DNA of 64,000 bases from an uncultured bacterium (GCA_966243015.1 CBIMES010000001.1:298076-362075), one strand, 5' to 3'. Numbered from the stretch's first letter, positions 27,237 to 38,777 are shown. The notes: generated by a model not told the origin, from the sequence alone. Made by a program: numbers and translations.

Positions 27237-27484
27237 ATATAGTTACCAACGGAACAGAAACCTCAACCCACCACTCGCCATGAGCGAAATTTGACCATGG
27301 ACGGCTACTAGCAATGGACCAATAGAACTGGCACGTTAAATCCAGCGATCACCCACAAGCAGTCACTATGTCCCCCACGACCCAACGGTCATGAGGGATA
27401 AGTGCCTGCTTTTTTCTTACCTTTCAGAGATCTTTCCCGCAACCAGCGCGCCCTGGTGCGCGCAACCGTGAGGCCGTGACGGTA

Positions 27485-29389
<1,905 letters not shown>

Positions 29390-29438
29390 AGTTGTGAGTG
29401 TTAGCTAAACGAATAGTGCGCGCGAAAGGCGCGTTCGG

Positions 29439-29741
29439 TTAGCAAACACTCGGGGCCCGGGCAAGCTGATTGGCGAAGAGGTCGAGAGAGAAATACGGAG
29501 AGAAGACCGAGCGGGCGCCGATAGTGGCAGGAACCTCGGCGCAGAGTTCGCAGGCAGGAGACGAGAGGAGAACAACGGCCTCTGAAGCGGCCTGGGTTGC
29601 CTCAAGAGGCTTGGTGCCGAGGAATCGCACCTCTACCCTACCCTCGATGTTCATGACGGCAAAAAAGGCGCGTACAACCTCGCCTGTCGCCAGGGTTACG
29701 TCCTTCGAAACTATGCGGATTTCAGGGCGTTTTATAAGCAT
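29439..29741 (-). CDS. Hypothetical protein
   Basis: Start set at MLIKRPE to avoid overlap with the upstream gene; ends ..LARAPSVC. Confidence 0.6.
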   Translation of the reverse strand: MLIKRPEIRIVSKDVTLATGEVVRAFFAVMNIEGRVEVRFLGTKPLEATQAASEAVVLLSSPACELCAEVPATIGARSVFSPYFSLDLFANQLARAPSVC

Positions 29742-29778
29742 ATCGTTCGGTTGAGCCTTACCGTCTTGTATTTCTATT

Positions 29779-30051
29779 TTACGACGTTTGTGGGGAGGTT
29801 TCAAGTGCCTCGACTCGACCATCCAACTTGTCGAATTCGACGCGGGAAACCTTGCGAGTTTCCTGATCATCAAGACGAGCGATAACTATATCGAATCGAT
29901 TATTCATCTTTCGCTCAAGATTATCGATCTTTGCATCGAGCCTCTTTTCAATTCCCTCTATTTTTACATTCAGATGCGCAAAGCCATTCATCGTCATCCC
30001 AGCGAGTCTCTCCAGGGTCATACCCTCAAAATTTCCAGTCTCATGTGTCAT
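29779..30051 (-). CDS. Small coiled-coil protein
   Basis: Heptad-rich sequence LAGMTMNGF...KIDNLERKMNNRFD...RVEALE. Confidence 0.7.
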   Translation of the reverse strand: MTHETGNFEGMTLERLAGMTMNGFAHLNVKIEGIEKRLDAKIDNLERKMNNRFDIVIARLDDQETRKVSRVEFDKLDGRVEALETSPQTS

Positions 30052-30189
30052 GGTTTTTCGGTGTTATGTGATTCTGATAACGCTAATGTAGATTAAGCAT
30101 ATCAGCGACCAACACCACGAGGAACAATCACCCTGTCCCCATTTTGAGAGTCTCTTTATTCGTCTCGAAACCGACCAGCAGCGTGGCGC

Positions 30190-30735
30190 TTACGCAGCCT
30201 TTGCCTCACCCACCCTTACCTTCGGCGCGCGAATAGTCTTGCCATTGAGGCCATACCCCTTGGAGATGACGGATATGACTTTGTTGGCCTGAGAAGCATC
30301 GTCGACAGGCACAAACTCAATTGCCTCGTCCCGATTCGGGTCAAAGGCCTGGCCCAGAGGATTCACCTCGGTGAGGCCGTTCTGCTCGAGAACAGACCTG
30401 AGCTGGGTGTGAATGTGCTCCACGCCGGCTCGCCAGTTCTTGTCCGCCTTCTCCCAGGCCTCCTTGTTGGCAAAGGCCATCTCGAAGCTCTGGAGGACAG
30501 GAATGAGCTCCTCGACAAGCCCTTCGGTGGCGAGCTTGCGGTACTCAATCAGACTCTCATCCATGCGCTTCTTGGCGTTGGCAAAGTCGGCCTTGGCGCG
30601 CTGCCAACCCGCGAGATACTCGTCTCGCTCGGCCCTTACCTTATCAAGCTCGAAAACAGGCGCGGCCGCTTCCGCTGCGACAGGAGCCGCGGCGTCAGCC
30701 TGAGTGTCGGGATTCTTGTTCTCGTTTTCGTTCAT
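30190..30735 (-). CDS. grpE: Nucleotide exchange factor GrpE
   Basis: QRAKADFAN, FDPNRDEA, KGYGLNGKTIRAPKVRV. Confidence 0.97.
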   Translation of the reverse strand: MNENENKNPDTQADAAAPVAAEAAAPVFELDKVRAERDEYLAGWQRAKADFANAKKRMDESLIEYRKLATEGLVEELIPVLQSFEMAFANKEAWEKADKNWRAGVEHIHTQLRSVLEQNGLTEVNPLGQAFDPNRDEAIEFVPVDDASQANKVISVISKGYGLNGKTIRAPKVRVGEAKAA

Positions 30736-30812
30736 GGCTTTCGTGGTGGTTACTGCCTTCTAATGTGCAGACATCATAAATAAAAAATCGTTCATAATCA
30801 ACAAGCGAGAGA

Positions 30813-30898
30813 CCCTCTCTGGAAAAGCCTATTGAAGCGCGACGGCGCGTAAATGAGAAAATCCCCACCAGGGGATTTTCGTGCTTTTCCAGAGAGGG
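30813..30898 (-). repeat. Structured three-way-junction repeat, copy A
   Basis: 16-bp outer stem CCCTCTCTGGAAAAGC/GCTTTTCCAGAGAGGG enclosing two hairpins; homologous to 37724-37812 in the opposite orientation. Confidence 0.8.
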
Positions 30899-30909
30899 CC
30901 TCGAGCGTC

Positions 30910-31320
30910 TTATCGCTTCGACCACTGTGGGCTCTTTCGCGCCTTGACCTTTCCGAACTTCTTTCGCTCCTTCGCGCGAGGGTCTCGCTTGAGGAAGGTG
31001 AGCTTCTTGAGCTTCTTTCGGAGCTCAGCGTCGTAGTCGAGGAGGGCTCGAGAGATAGCGTGTCGGAGAGACTCAGCCTGAGAGTGGATGCCGCCGCCCG
31101 AGAGGACTGCGGTGACCTTGAACTTCTGGGCGATCTTCGACTTAGTGAAGGCGTCAGTCGCGATGCCGCGGAGCTCCTCGGTAGCGAAGTAGCCCTCGAG
31201 GGTCTTGCCGTTGAGCTCGAACGACTCTTTGGTCGCAGGGGTGATGCGGGCTCGTGCTCGAGCGGTCTTTCGTCGGCCGATGGCCTCGAAGTATTTGGTC
31301 TTGGTCTCTGCGGTAGTCAT
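30910..31320 (-). CDS. rpsI: 30S ribosomal protein S9
   Basis: GRRKTA..., RDPRAKERKK, PQWSKR. Confidence 0.99.
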   Translation of the reverse strand: MTTAETKTKYFEAIGRRKTARARARITPATKESFELNGKTLEGYFATEELRGIATDAFTKSKIAQKFKVTAVLSGGGIHSQAESLRHAISRALLDYDAELRKKLKKLTFLKRDPRAKERKKFGKVKARKSPQWSKR

Positions 31321-31342
31321 AGTAAAAAGTTTCTTTTAAATA

Positions 31343-31693
31343 TTATTCGGTAACGATGAGATTCTTCATCATGCGGTCCTGAAGCTTGTTCTTCGGGAGC
31401 ATTCCTCGGACGGCGATGCGGAAGGCCTCTGACATGCCCTTCTTGGCGACGAGCGCCTTCATCGTCCTCTGGATGAGGCCGCCTGGGTAACCAGAGTAGG
31501 TCGAGTAGACCTTCTCGTCGAGCTTCTTGCTCGAGACGTCCGCCTTTGCGGCGTTGACGATGCGAACCTCAACGTCTGCCACGACGTTTGACTGGTAGTC
31601 AGCCGAGGTCTTGCCCATGAGGATCTTGGCGGCCTCCGAAGAGATGCGGCCGAGCTTCTTTCCCTGTGCGTCTATGGTGTGAGTAGTTCTCAT
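31343..31693 (-). CDS. rplM: 50S ribosomal protein L13
   Basis: IDAQGKKLGR, SGYPGG, AVRGMLPKN. Confidence 0.98.
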   Translation of the reverse strand: MRTTHTIDAQGKKLGRISSEAAKILMGKTSADYQSNVVADVEVRIVNAAKADVSSKKLDEKVYSTYSGYPGGLIQRTMKALVAKKGMSEAFRIAVRGMLPKNKLQDRMMKNLIVTE

Positions 31694-31698
31694 GGTAA

Positions 31699-32052
31699 TT
31701 ATTTAACAAACTGGATATGAGCCATCTTCGCTCCGTCAGACTTTCGGAGAGGAAGCTTGACGACGCGGGTATATCCGCCCTTTCGAGCAGCATGCGCGGG
31801 AGCGATGACCTCGATGAGCTTCTTTGCAGCTCGGTAGTCGCCCACCTTGGTGGTGATGAGTCGTCGGGTGGCGAGAGTGTCGGTCTTCGCCTTGGTGACG
31901 AGCTTCTCGACAGACGATCGGATCTCCTTGGCCTTAGCCTCGGTAGTAGTGATGCCCTCGTGGATGACGAGAGATCGCAGGAGAGAGCGAATCAGCGCGC
32001 CTCGCTGATTCTTCTCTCGTCCGAATTTTCGTGTTGAATCGTGATGTCTCAT
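31699..32052 (-). CDS. rplQ: 50S ribosomal protein L17
   Basis: MRH..RKFGR, ITTTEAKAKE, GGYTRVVK. Confidence 0.99.
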   Translation of the reverse strand: MRHHDSTRKFGREKNQRGALIRSLLRSLVIHEGITTTEAKAKEIRSSVEKLVTKAKTDTLATRRLITTKVGDYRAAKKLIEVIAPAHAARKGGYTRVVKLPLRKSDGAKMAHIQFVK

Positions 32053-32110
32053 GTTCTTGGGTGAGCTCCTAGATTAGCTGTTTTTGCTTTATTTGTCCAG
32101 TTAAACGGTA

Positions 32111-33070
32111 TTACTTGAGGACGATGCCGTACTCAGAGAGTGCCTTTCGGATCTCCTGGAGGCCCTTTGGCCCGAGACCCTCGATGTTCTCGACGTCAAC
32201 CTCCTTCTTTCGCACGAGACCTCCGACGGTGCGGATGTTCGCGCCGGTGAGGGCGTTCGTGGTTCGCTGAGAGAGGTTGAGGCTCTCGATGCGGGTCTTG
32301 AGGAACTCGGTGTCGAGCTCTTTCTTGGGCGCAGGCGCCTCTACCTTCTCGACAGGGGCTGGAGCGATAATCTCCTCCTCCTTGAAGCCGACGATGGCTT
32401 TGAGCTGGTTGATCATGATGGCGATCGATCGCTCGAGGGCCTCGTGAGGGGTGATGGTGCCGTCGGTCTCGACGGTGATCTTGAGTCGGTTGAAGTCAGT
32501 TCGGTCGCCCACTCGCATGTTCTCCACCTCGTAGTTCACGCGGCGGATTGGGGTGAACGTGGCGTCGAGAGCAATGGTGCCAATGTCGACGCGCTCCTTC
32601 TGGAGGACGTCCTTTGAAACGTAGCCGAGACCCTGGGCAACGGTGATGTCGATGGCGAGCTCGGTAGTCTTGTCGGTGACGGACGCGATGTGAAGCTCTG
32701 GGTTGAGGATCTCAACCTGGCCAGGGACGGTGATGTCCGCGCCGGTAACGTCCTTAACGCCCTTTACCTTGATGGAAAGGGTCTGAGGCTCCGAAGTGAG
32801 CATCTTGATGCGGAGTCGCTTGAGGTTGAGGATAAGGGTAATGACGTCCTCCTTCACGCCCTGGATGGTCGAGAACTCGTGCGAAACACCGTCGATCTTG
32901 ATGTGGGTAATGGCAGCTCCCGGAAGAGACGAGAGGATGATGCGTCGGAGGCTGTTTCCGAGGGTGTGGCCGTATCCAGGGTAGAGACCGTCGATCTCGT
33001 ACACGCCGAGGAAGTCCTTCTCGAGGACAATCTTTGGCTTTGATGGAAGCACTACGTTGGTTTCGGTCAT
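32111..33070 (-). CDS. rpoA: RNA polymerase subunit alpha
   Basis: GYGHTLGNSLRRIILSS, HEFSTIQGVKED and alpha-CTD. Confidence 0.99.
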   Translation of the reverse strand: MTETNVVLPSKPKIVLEKDFLGVYEIDGLYPGYGHTLGNSLRRIILSSLPGAAITHIKIDGVSHEFSTIQGVKEDVITLILNLKRLRIKMLTSEPQTLSIKVKGVKDVTGADITVPGQVEILNPELHIASVTDKTTELAIDITVAQGLGYVSKDVLQKERVDIGTIALDATFTPIRRVNYEVENMRVGDRTDFNRLKITVETDGTITPHEALERSIAIMINQLKAIVGFKEEEIIAPAPVEKVEAPAPKKELDTEFLKTRIESLNLSQRTTNALTGANIRTVGGLVRKKEVDVENIEGLGPKGLQEIRKALSEYGIVLK

Positions 33071-33110
33071 AGTTTTTATGTTAAAAACGCTCCTAATTCC
33101 CTTCTAATTA

Positions 33111-33713
33111 CTATCGGCTGTAGAACTCGATAACCTGGCCAAGGTTGAAAAGGTGCTCGGTCGGAACGTACTTCGGTGCGGCCTCAACGGTAGCGATCCT
33201 CTTGTCGGCGTCGTACGAGAGCCATGAAGGAATCTTCACGGTCTTCATCTTGTCGTCGAGGCTGACGAAGAGGGCCTTGTTCTGGCTGCCGGCTCGGACG
33301 GAGATCTTCTCGCCGACGACGGTCGAGTACGAAGGGATGGTTACCTTCTTGCCGTCAACGGTGATGTGTCCGTGAGAGACCATCTGTCGTGCCGCGAGGC
33401 GGGTCGCAGCGAAGCCGAGTCGGTAGACGACGTTGTCGAGTCGAGACTCGAGGCGGAGGAAGAGAGCCTGGGTGGTGTTACCCTTCTTGGCGGCAGACTC
33501 CTTGACGTACTTCTTGAACTGTCGCTCCGCGACGCCGTACGAGAGGCGCGCCTTCTGCTTCTCGAGCATCTGGGTGGCGAACTGACCCTTAGGTCGCTGA
33601 GGTCCCTTGCCTGCCTTTCGCTCCTGCCTCAGGGCGAACTTGGCGCTCTGGGTCTTCTCGAAGATGTTTGCTCCGAGTCGGCGGGCGATCTTGTATTTTG
33701 GTCCGATGATCAT
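33111..33713 (-). CDS. rpsD: 30S ribosomal protein S4
   Basis: LESRLDNVVYRLG, ARQMVSHGH, IEFYSR. Confidence 0.99.
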   Translation of the reverse strand: MIIGPKYKIARRLGANIFEKTQSAKFALRQERKAGKGPQRPKGQFATQMLEKQKARLSYGVAERQFKKYVKESAAKKGNTTQALFLRLESRLDNVVYRLGFAATRLAARQMVSHGHITVDGKKVTIPSYSTVVGEKISVRAGSQNKALFVSLDDKMKTVKIPSWLSYDADKRIATVEAAPKYVPTEHLFNLGQVIEFYSR

Positions 33714-33737
33714 AGTGCTGCTGTTATATTAAAAGGC

Positions 33738-34163
33738 TTATACGCGTCGAGCTCGAGGCGGTCGAGGGCCGTTGTGAGGGACAGGGGTAACGTCCTTCAC
33801 CGAAGAGATGTTGATTCCCTTGGTGATAAAGCTTCGGACGGCTGACTCTCGGCCAGATCCGGTACCCTTGATAACTACCGCAACCTCCTTGAGGCCCATG
33901 GCCTGAACCTTGGTCGCGAGAACCTCACCCACCTTCGCAGCCGCGAACGGGGTTCCCTTCTTCGCACCCTTGAATCCGAGGGCGCCGGCAGACGATGACG
34001 CTACGGCGTTACCCGATGCGTCGGTGACGAGGCACATCGTGTTGTTGTAGGTCGACTGGACATAGAGGATGCCCGACTCAACCTTCTTCTTCGAAGACGA
34101 GGTCTTTGCGGGAGCTGCCGCTACCTTTACCTCTCCTTCTGCTGCTTTCGTGGTCTTAGCCAT
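33738..34163 (-). CDS. rpsK: 30S ribosomal protein S11
   Basis: STYNNT, KGTPFAA, DVTPVPHNG. Confidence 0.99.
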   Translation of the reverse strand: MAKTTKAAEGEVKVAAAPAKTSSSKKKVESGILYVQSTYNNTMCLVTDASGNAVASSSAGALGFKGAKKGTPFAAAKVGEVLATKVQAMGLKEVAVVIKGTGSGRESAVRSFITKGINISSVKDVTPVPHNGPRPPRARRV

Positions 34164-34190
34164 AATTAGGGAAATTCTTGGGATTAATTA

Positions 34191-34571
34191 TTACTTCTTA
34201 GCCTCTACCTTTCGTCCGGTACCCATGGTCTTTCGGGTGTTTCCGCGTCGGGTTCGAGAGTTGGTCTTGGTCCTCTGGCCGTTTACCGGGAGGCTTCGAG
34301 CGTGCCTTACGCCTCGGTATGCCTTGATGTCCTTGAGTCGCTTGATGTTAGCGGAAACCTCTCGCTTGAGGTCACCCTCGATCTTGAAGGTCTCGATGAT
34401 CTTTCGGATCGCGTTCTCCTCGTCGGCAGTCACCTCCTTCGCCTTCTTGTCGAAAGCAACCTTCGCCTCGGCGAGGATTTTCTGGGCGCGCGAGCGACCG
34501 ATACCGTAGAGAGTCGTGAGAGCGATCTCTATCTTCTTTTCGTCTGGGAGGGTGATACCGAGGATACGCAT
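34191..34571 (-). CDS. rpsM: 30S ribosomal protein S13
   Basis: IALTTLYGIG, YRGVRH, LPVNGQRTKTNSRTR. Confidence 0.99.
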   Translation of the reverse strand: MRILGITLPDEKKIEIALTTLYGIGRSRAQKILAEAKVAFDKKAKEVTADEENAIRKIIETFKIEGDLKREVSANIKRLKDIKAYRGVRHARSLPVNGQRTKTNSRTRRGNTRKTMGTGRKVEAKK

Positions 34572-34660
34572 GTCGTTGGCTTTTTTATATAAGAATTAAG
34601 AGTTTTCCATACTAGCACAGAATAAAGTTACTGTAAACTCCTGAGAGTTTACAGCATCCT

Positions 34661-34777
34661 TTAGCCCTGTCGCTGCTTGTGGCGGGGGTTCGATTTGCAG
34701 ATGACGTACACGTAGCCCTTTCGTCGGACGACCTTGCACGTTGCGCACTTCTTCTTTACTGATGATTTTACTCTCAT
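34661..34777 (-). CDS. rpmJ: 50S ribosomal protein L36
   Basis: Below the ORF-track size cutoff; manual translation [38 protein letters not shown]. Confidence 0.98.
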   Translation of the reverse strand: MRVKSSVKKKCATCKVVRRKGYVYVICKSNPRHKQRQG

Positions 34778-34804
34778 GGTATTGCTGTTACGAAAACCTG
34801 ATGA

Positions 34805-35017
34805 TTACAAACGCTGAATAATTCGTCCCTTCCCGCCGTACGGCTCAAGCTCGAGCTTCACTTTGTCACCCACGAGCACCCTGATGCGGTTCATCCTCAT
34901 CTTGCCCGCGAGGTAGGTGAGCAATTCCGTGTCATCCTCGAGCCTCACTCGAAAGAAGGTGTTGGGAAGTGCCTCCGTAACGACGCCGATAACGCTTGTC
35001 TTGTTTGTATCAGTCAT
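34805..35017 (-). CDS. infA: Translation initiation factor IF-1
   Basis: [28 protein letters not shown]. Confidence 0.98.
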   Translation of the reverse strand: MTDTNKTSVIGVVTEALPNTFFRVRLEDDTELLTYLAGKMRMNRIRVLVGDKVKLELEPYGGKGRIIQRL

Positions 35018-35082
35018 GTATTAGAACGTCTGGATAGATTAAACCAAAGCGCGACGGTTGTCAAACGTCGCGCCCCACCCTG

Positions 35083-36438
35083 CTAGATGGCTTTCTTGAC
35101 GGTTATGTCCGAGACGTCCGTCGGGAAGGTCTTTCGCCAGAACGGTCGGATAGAGACCTCGACTTTCTCGATCATCGGGAAGCCCTGGGTAATGGTTGGG
35201 ACCTCGGCGGACTTTGCCCCGGCGAGCTTCTGCTTGAAGGTCGCCTCGTCATAGAGCCACTCGAACTGGGCGTCACCTTGGAGGGTGAATGCGACGCCCT
35301 CTGCCGCAGGGTCAAAGCCGTCGCGAGGGGTAAAGGTGAGGCTGCGGATGTCCTTGATGGTGATCGGCTCGTTCTGGTAGCCGTTTACCTTGATGGCCGC
35401 GAGCTTCTCGCTGAGCTTCTGGATGTCGAAGAAGGCCGCCGAGAGGGTGCACTCCATCTTGATAAGCACCTCGGTCGACGAGACGTTCTCCTGAGGGAGG
35501 GTCGCGCAGCCGATGGTGTGGGCGCCCGAGAAGAAGACCGAACCCTCGGGAACCTGGGCCTCCGCCTGCTTGAGAAGCTCGACGGTCGCCTTGGTCTTGA
35601 TGTCTGCCTGGGCCTTGGTCATGTCAGCATCAGAAACGACCCTGACGGTACCCGCAAAGCCGCCCGCGAGCGGGCTCGACGGCTTTGACTTTGCATAGAA
35701 CGCGTTGTAGCGAGGATCGCCCTTGAAGCCAGGGATAGTGAAGTCCTTGAGGCCAACGTTGTATTTGTCCCCCGCCTCGTCCGCGTAGACGACGGCTTCG
35801 ACTGATCCCGGGGTCGACCCGTTCTTTCCCGGAACGGTCACCGAGTCCGCGATGCGGAAGATGAGGCCCTCGGGGGTCTCGAATCGGGTGTTCTTCACAA
35901 GCCGCTGGGCGGTCGCGTTGTAGTTGTTGTAGATGATGATGGTTCCCGAGGCCTGCGTGGTCACCTGCTTTTCGCCGGTGGCCTTGAGCTGAACGGAGCC
36001 GGTCTGCTTGATAACCTTGGGCTGGAACGAGAGGCCTGCCGCGGCGCTCGATTTTGTCGCCGTAACCGCATCGTTGAGAGTGGCAGCCTGGATTCGAGGG
36101 GTGACCGTCACGGTTGCACCGTGGAATACGGTCGAAACGACGAAGACGAGGGCAAGGGCCGCCAGAACGACGCCTGCAAAAACCCATTTTTTCTTGCCGC
36201 CCTCGCTTACGGACTCCTCCTCGCTGTAGTCGAACTCCTCGTGCACGTCGTGCGCGTGGACACGCGACTCGTGTCGCGTCTCCTGGCGAGACTCATAGCG
36301 AATCTCCTGCTCGGTCTCAGGCTCCTCGACGACGGTCTCCTTGACTCGGACCTCGGTTCGGGTGCGATGAGACGGGAGGGGCACGTTTCTGATCGATCGG
36401 CCCTTCGGCACGATGTCTTGGATTGGATTTCGTGGCAT
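35083..36438 (-). CDS. Single-pass membrane protein with baseplate-J-like extracellular domain (typical CPR hypothetical)
   Basis: Charged N-terminus, one TM, then ASGTIIIYN..QRLVKNTRF..GLIFR and ADEAGDKYN. Confidence 0.75.
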   Translation of the reverse strand: MPRNPIQDIVPKGRSIRNVPLPSHRTRTEVRVKETVVEEPETEQEIRYESRQETRHESRVHAHDVHEEFDYSEEESVSEGGKKKWVFAGVVLAALALVFVVSTVFHGATVTVTPRIQAATLNDAVTATKSSAAAGLSFQPKVIKQTGSVQLKATGEKQVTTQASGTIIIYNNYNATAQRLVKNTRFETPEGLIFRIADSVTVPGKNGSTPGSVEAVVYADEAGDKYNVGLKDFTIPGFKGDPRYNAFYAKSKPSSPLAGGFAGTVRVVSDADMTKAQADIKTKATVELLKQAEAQVPEGSVFFSGAHTIGCATLPQENVSSTEVLIKMECTLSAAFFDIQKLSEKLAAIKVNGYQNEPITIKDIRSLTFTPRDGFDPAAEGVAFTLQGDAQFEWLYDEATFKQKLAGAKSAEVPTITQGFPMIEKVEVSIRPFWRKTFPTDVSDITVKKAI

Positions 36439-36499
36439 ATGTGGTGAAATTATACTATATGAACCCAAAGACCGTCAGCTGTTAATAACTGGAAATGAG

Positions 36500-37708
36500 C
36501 TAGTTCGAGCCGTTTCTGCCGACAAAGGCCGCCGCGAGTGCGAGCGAAACGTCCTTGCGCGCGTGCGGCGCGAAGGAGACAGCGCCCTTCAGACTGTCAG
36601 GGGTAAGAAGGTTGACGCAGAACGGGCCGCCGTCATCGCCGAAGTGGTCGGCCTTCTGCTCCTTGATGCTTGATATGAAGAAATGAACGAGGTCACTGTC
36701 GGCGCTGACGAAGAGCTCGCGCGGAAGAGAGGATTTATGGGCAAGTCGGGAAAGAGCCATTTGAAGAGCCACCGCCCACTCGTCAGACGCCGCTTTCAGT
36801 GCCTCAGCGAGCCTGCCCTTCACGGCTGAACCCGCATGGCCATCGGAGTGAATCCTCAGAAGGGACTCAGCCTCGCCGTACGTGGTCTGAAGCGTCCAGG
36901 CGACCGTCCTCACGAGCGACCTGAAGCCCGCCGGGAAGCTCACCGTCTCCAGAATAAGGCCGCCTTTTACGACCGATACCTCGGAAATCTCGCCGCCAAG
37001 GTCGAGGAAGGTGAAGTCGTCGATGTCGTGGAACGAGTCACGGACCATCGAGAACGCCACGAGCGGAGACGAGAACATCTTGGTGTCCTTCGGGTGGAAG
37101 GTCGTAAGGGAGACCTCAGAGATGCGGTCAATCACCGGCTTCGGCGCAAGGCTCATAAAGAGCGAGATCTCCGCCTGCTTCGCCTTCTTGTCATAAGGCT
37201 GGGCGACGTGATAGCCGTCGAGGGAAACGTGCACCACGCGCTTTTCGAGGACCGCGAGCCTGTCAGCGAGGTCAGACGAGCGAGCGTGTATCGTCGCGAG
37301 GCCAAAGCGCTTCTCGTGCTCTGAAACAATACGGGCAACAAAGCTCTTGGTAAAGGAGAATGACTTCTTTCGGTCGATGCCGATGATCTTGGTCTGGGTC
37401 ACGCACCACGGAGACGAGAAAACGTAGGCGACGTGCCTGATGCGATGCGAGCTGCGCTTTCTCGGGAGGTGAATGTGCCGAAAGCCGTCTTTAAGCACCG
37501 CGGCGTTGACCCGAGCGAGAGCCGCGAGCATGTCGCGGAAAAATCGCTCCGGCTCAGGCGTCTCGGCGAATGAGATTGTCTCGCGGACGGTATAGAAGAC
37601 GCGGGTCGGGACACCCTTCTCGAGGAGAGCGAGCGCCGCGCCGACGGACGACGATCCGATGTCGAATATGAGAGCAAGGTCCGTTTTAGGTCTGCCAAAA
37701 GAGAACAT
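36500..37708 (-). CDS. Divergent FtsA/PilM-like actin-fold protein
   Basis: Phosphate-1 motif FDIGSSSV and phosphate-2 motif LDLGGEIS. Start set at MFSFGRPK. Confidence 0.7.
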   Translation of the reverse strand: MFSFGRPKTDLALIFDIGSSSVGAALALLEKGVPTRVFYTVRETISFAETPEPERFFRDMLAALARVNAAVLKDGFRHIHLPRKRSSHRIRHVAYVFSSPWCVTQTKIIGIDRKKSFSFTKSFVARIVSEHEKRFGLATIHARSSDLADRLAVLEKRVVHVSLDGYHVAQPYDKKAKQAEISLFMSLAPKPVIDRISEVSLTTFHPKDTKMFSSPLVAFSMVRDSFHDIDDFTFLDLGGEISEVSVVKGGLILETVSFPAGFRSLVRTVAWTLQTTYGEAESLLRIHSDGHAGSAVKGRLAEALKAASDEWAVALQMALSRLAHKSSLPRELFVSADSDLVHFFISSIKEQKADHFGDDGGPFCVNLLTPDSLKGAVSFAPHARKDVSLALAAAFVGRNGSN

Positions 37709-37723
37709 GTGAATAGTATACAC

Positions 37724-37812
37724 CGTCCCTCTCGGACTGGCACGCATATCCGCCTGCTGGCGGATTGCTCCGCTCGCGCCGTCGCGCTGCGCGAGGCCAG
37801 CCGAGAGGGACG
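37724..37812 (+). repeat. Structured three-way-junction repeat, copy B
   Basis: Outer stem CGTCCCTCTCGG..CTGGC/GCCAG..CCGAGAGGGACG enclosing ATCCGCC-TGCT-GGCGGAT and GCGC-CGTC-GCGC. Confidence 0.8.
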
Positions 37813-37877
37813 TGTAAATACTTTTGAAGATTCCAAACGCATATAAACGGCTCAATGCCGTGAGCCGTTTAATACGG

Positions 37878-38618
37878 CTAGAGATAGCGTTCGATTACGG
37901 CAAGTTCTTCGGGTGAGTTTGCGCCCATACCCTCGACGGTCGGGAATATGACAGGCACGACCGTCTCTCCCCTGTCCCGCGCAATCTTCACGAGGTCAGT
38001 CAGATAGTACTCACCCGACGCATTGGCGTTGCGGATTTCAGAGAGATTGCGCCAAAGCCATGCCGGATCAAAGCAATATGCGCTGATATTCACTTCCTTG
38101 AGGGCCCGAATGTCATCAGAGGCGTCCTTGTACTCGACGATCGCGTCGACAGAGCCATCCGCACCGCGCACGATGCGGCCATTGCGCTCGAAGACCTTGA
38201 AATCGCCTTCGTGATGCTCGGGCGAGACGGTCGCCATCGAGAACGCGGCGCCGTCGACACGTGCCTCGACGAGCTTTTTGAGGGAATCAGGGCTGATAAG
38301 GGGTTGGTCAGCGAAGAGAACGACAACATGCTTTGAATTTGACGCGGAAAGAGCATCACGGGCAACCATGACGGCGTGACCGGTACCCTTCTGCTCGTTC
38401 TGCCAGACGGGACGAGCCTTGTCGCCAAAAAACGCGATGACCTCCTCGCCTCGATGCCCCACAACCACGTGTGGCAGAGCCGTGGCGACACCCGAACGCT
38501 CAAGGACAGAGAGGACATAGCCAAGCATGGGCGTGCCCTTCGCCTCGACGAGGGCCTTGGGCCTCTCAGTTTTCATGCGGGTCCCCTTTCCTGCGGCCAG
38601 AATAATTATGTCTGTCAT
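37878..38618 (-). CDS. GlmU-like N-acetylglucosamine-1-phosphate uridyltransferase domain (no acetyltransferase domain)
   Basis: ILAAGKGTRM..PK, QKGTGHAV, IVEYKDA and GEYYLTD; ends before the left-handed beta-helix. Confidence 0.88.
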   Translation of the reverse strand: MTDIIILAAGKGTRMKTERPKALVEAKGTPMLGYVLSVLERSGVATALPHVVVGHRGEEVIAFFGDKARPVWQNEQKGTGHAVMVARDALSASNSKHVVVLFADQPLISPDSLKKLVEARVDGAAFSMATVSPEHHEGDFKVFERNGRIVRGADGSVDAIVEYKDASDDIRALKEVNISAYCFDPAWLWRNLSEIRNANASGEYYLTDLVKIARDRGETVVPVIFPTVEGMGANSPEELAVIERYL

Positions 38619-38777
38619 GGAAAAGAATTATACCGCATCGAACCCATAAGCCCACGCTTTTTGACCATTTGACCACACTCATGACCGACTCTGTTTATTT
38701 ATATTTAGTTGAACCTTCCAAACGAACAGCTGTGCGAAAATAGGGGAACAAACATTATAAAACCACCAACACATACC

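Noticed and set aside
35083-36438. Baseplate-J-like gene as evidence of a prophage
   Set aside because: Membrane-anchored, in housekeeping context, with no other phage genes.
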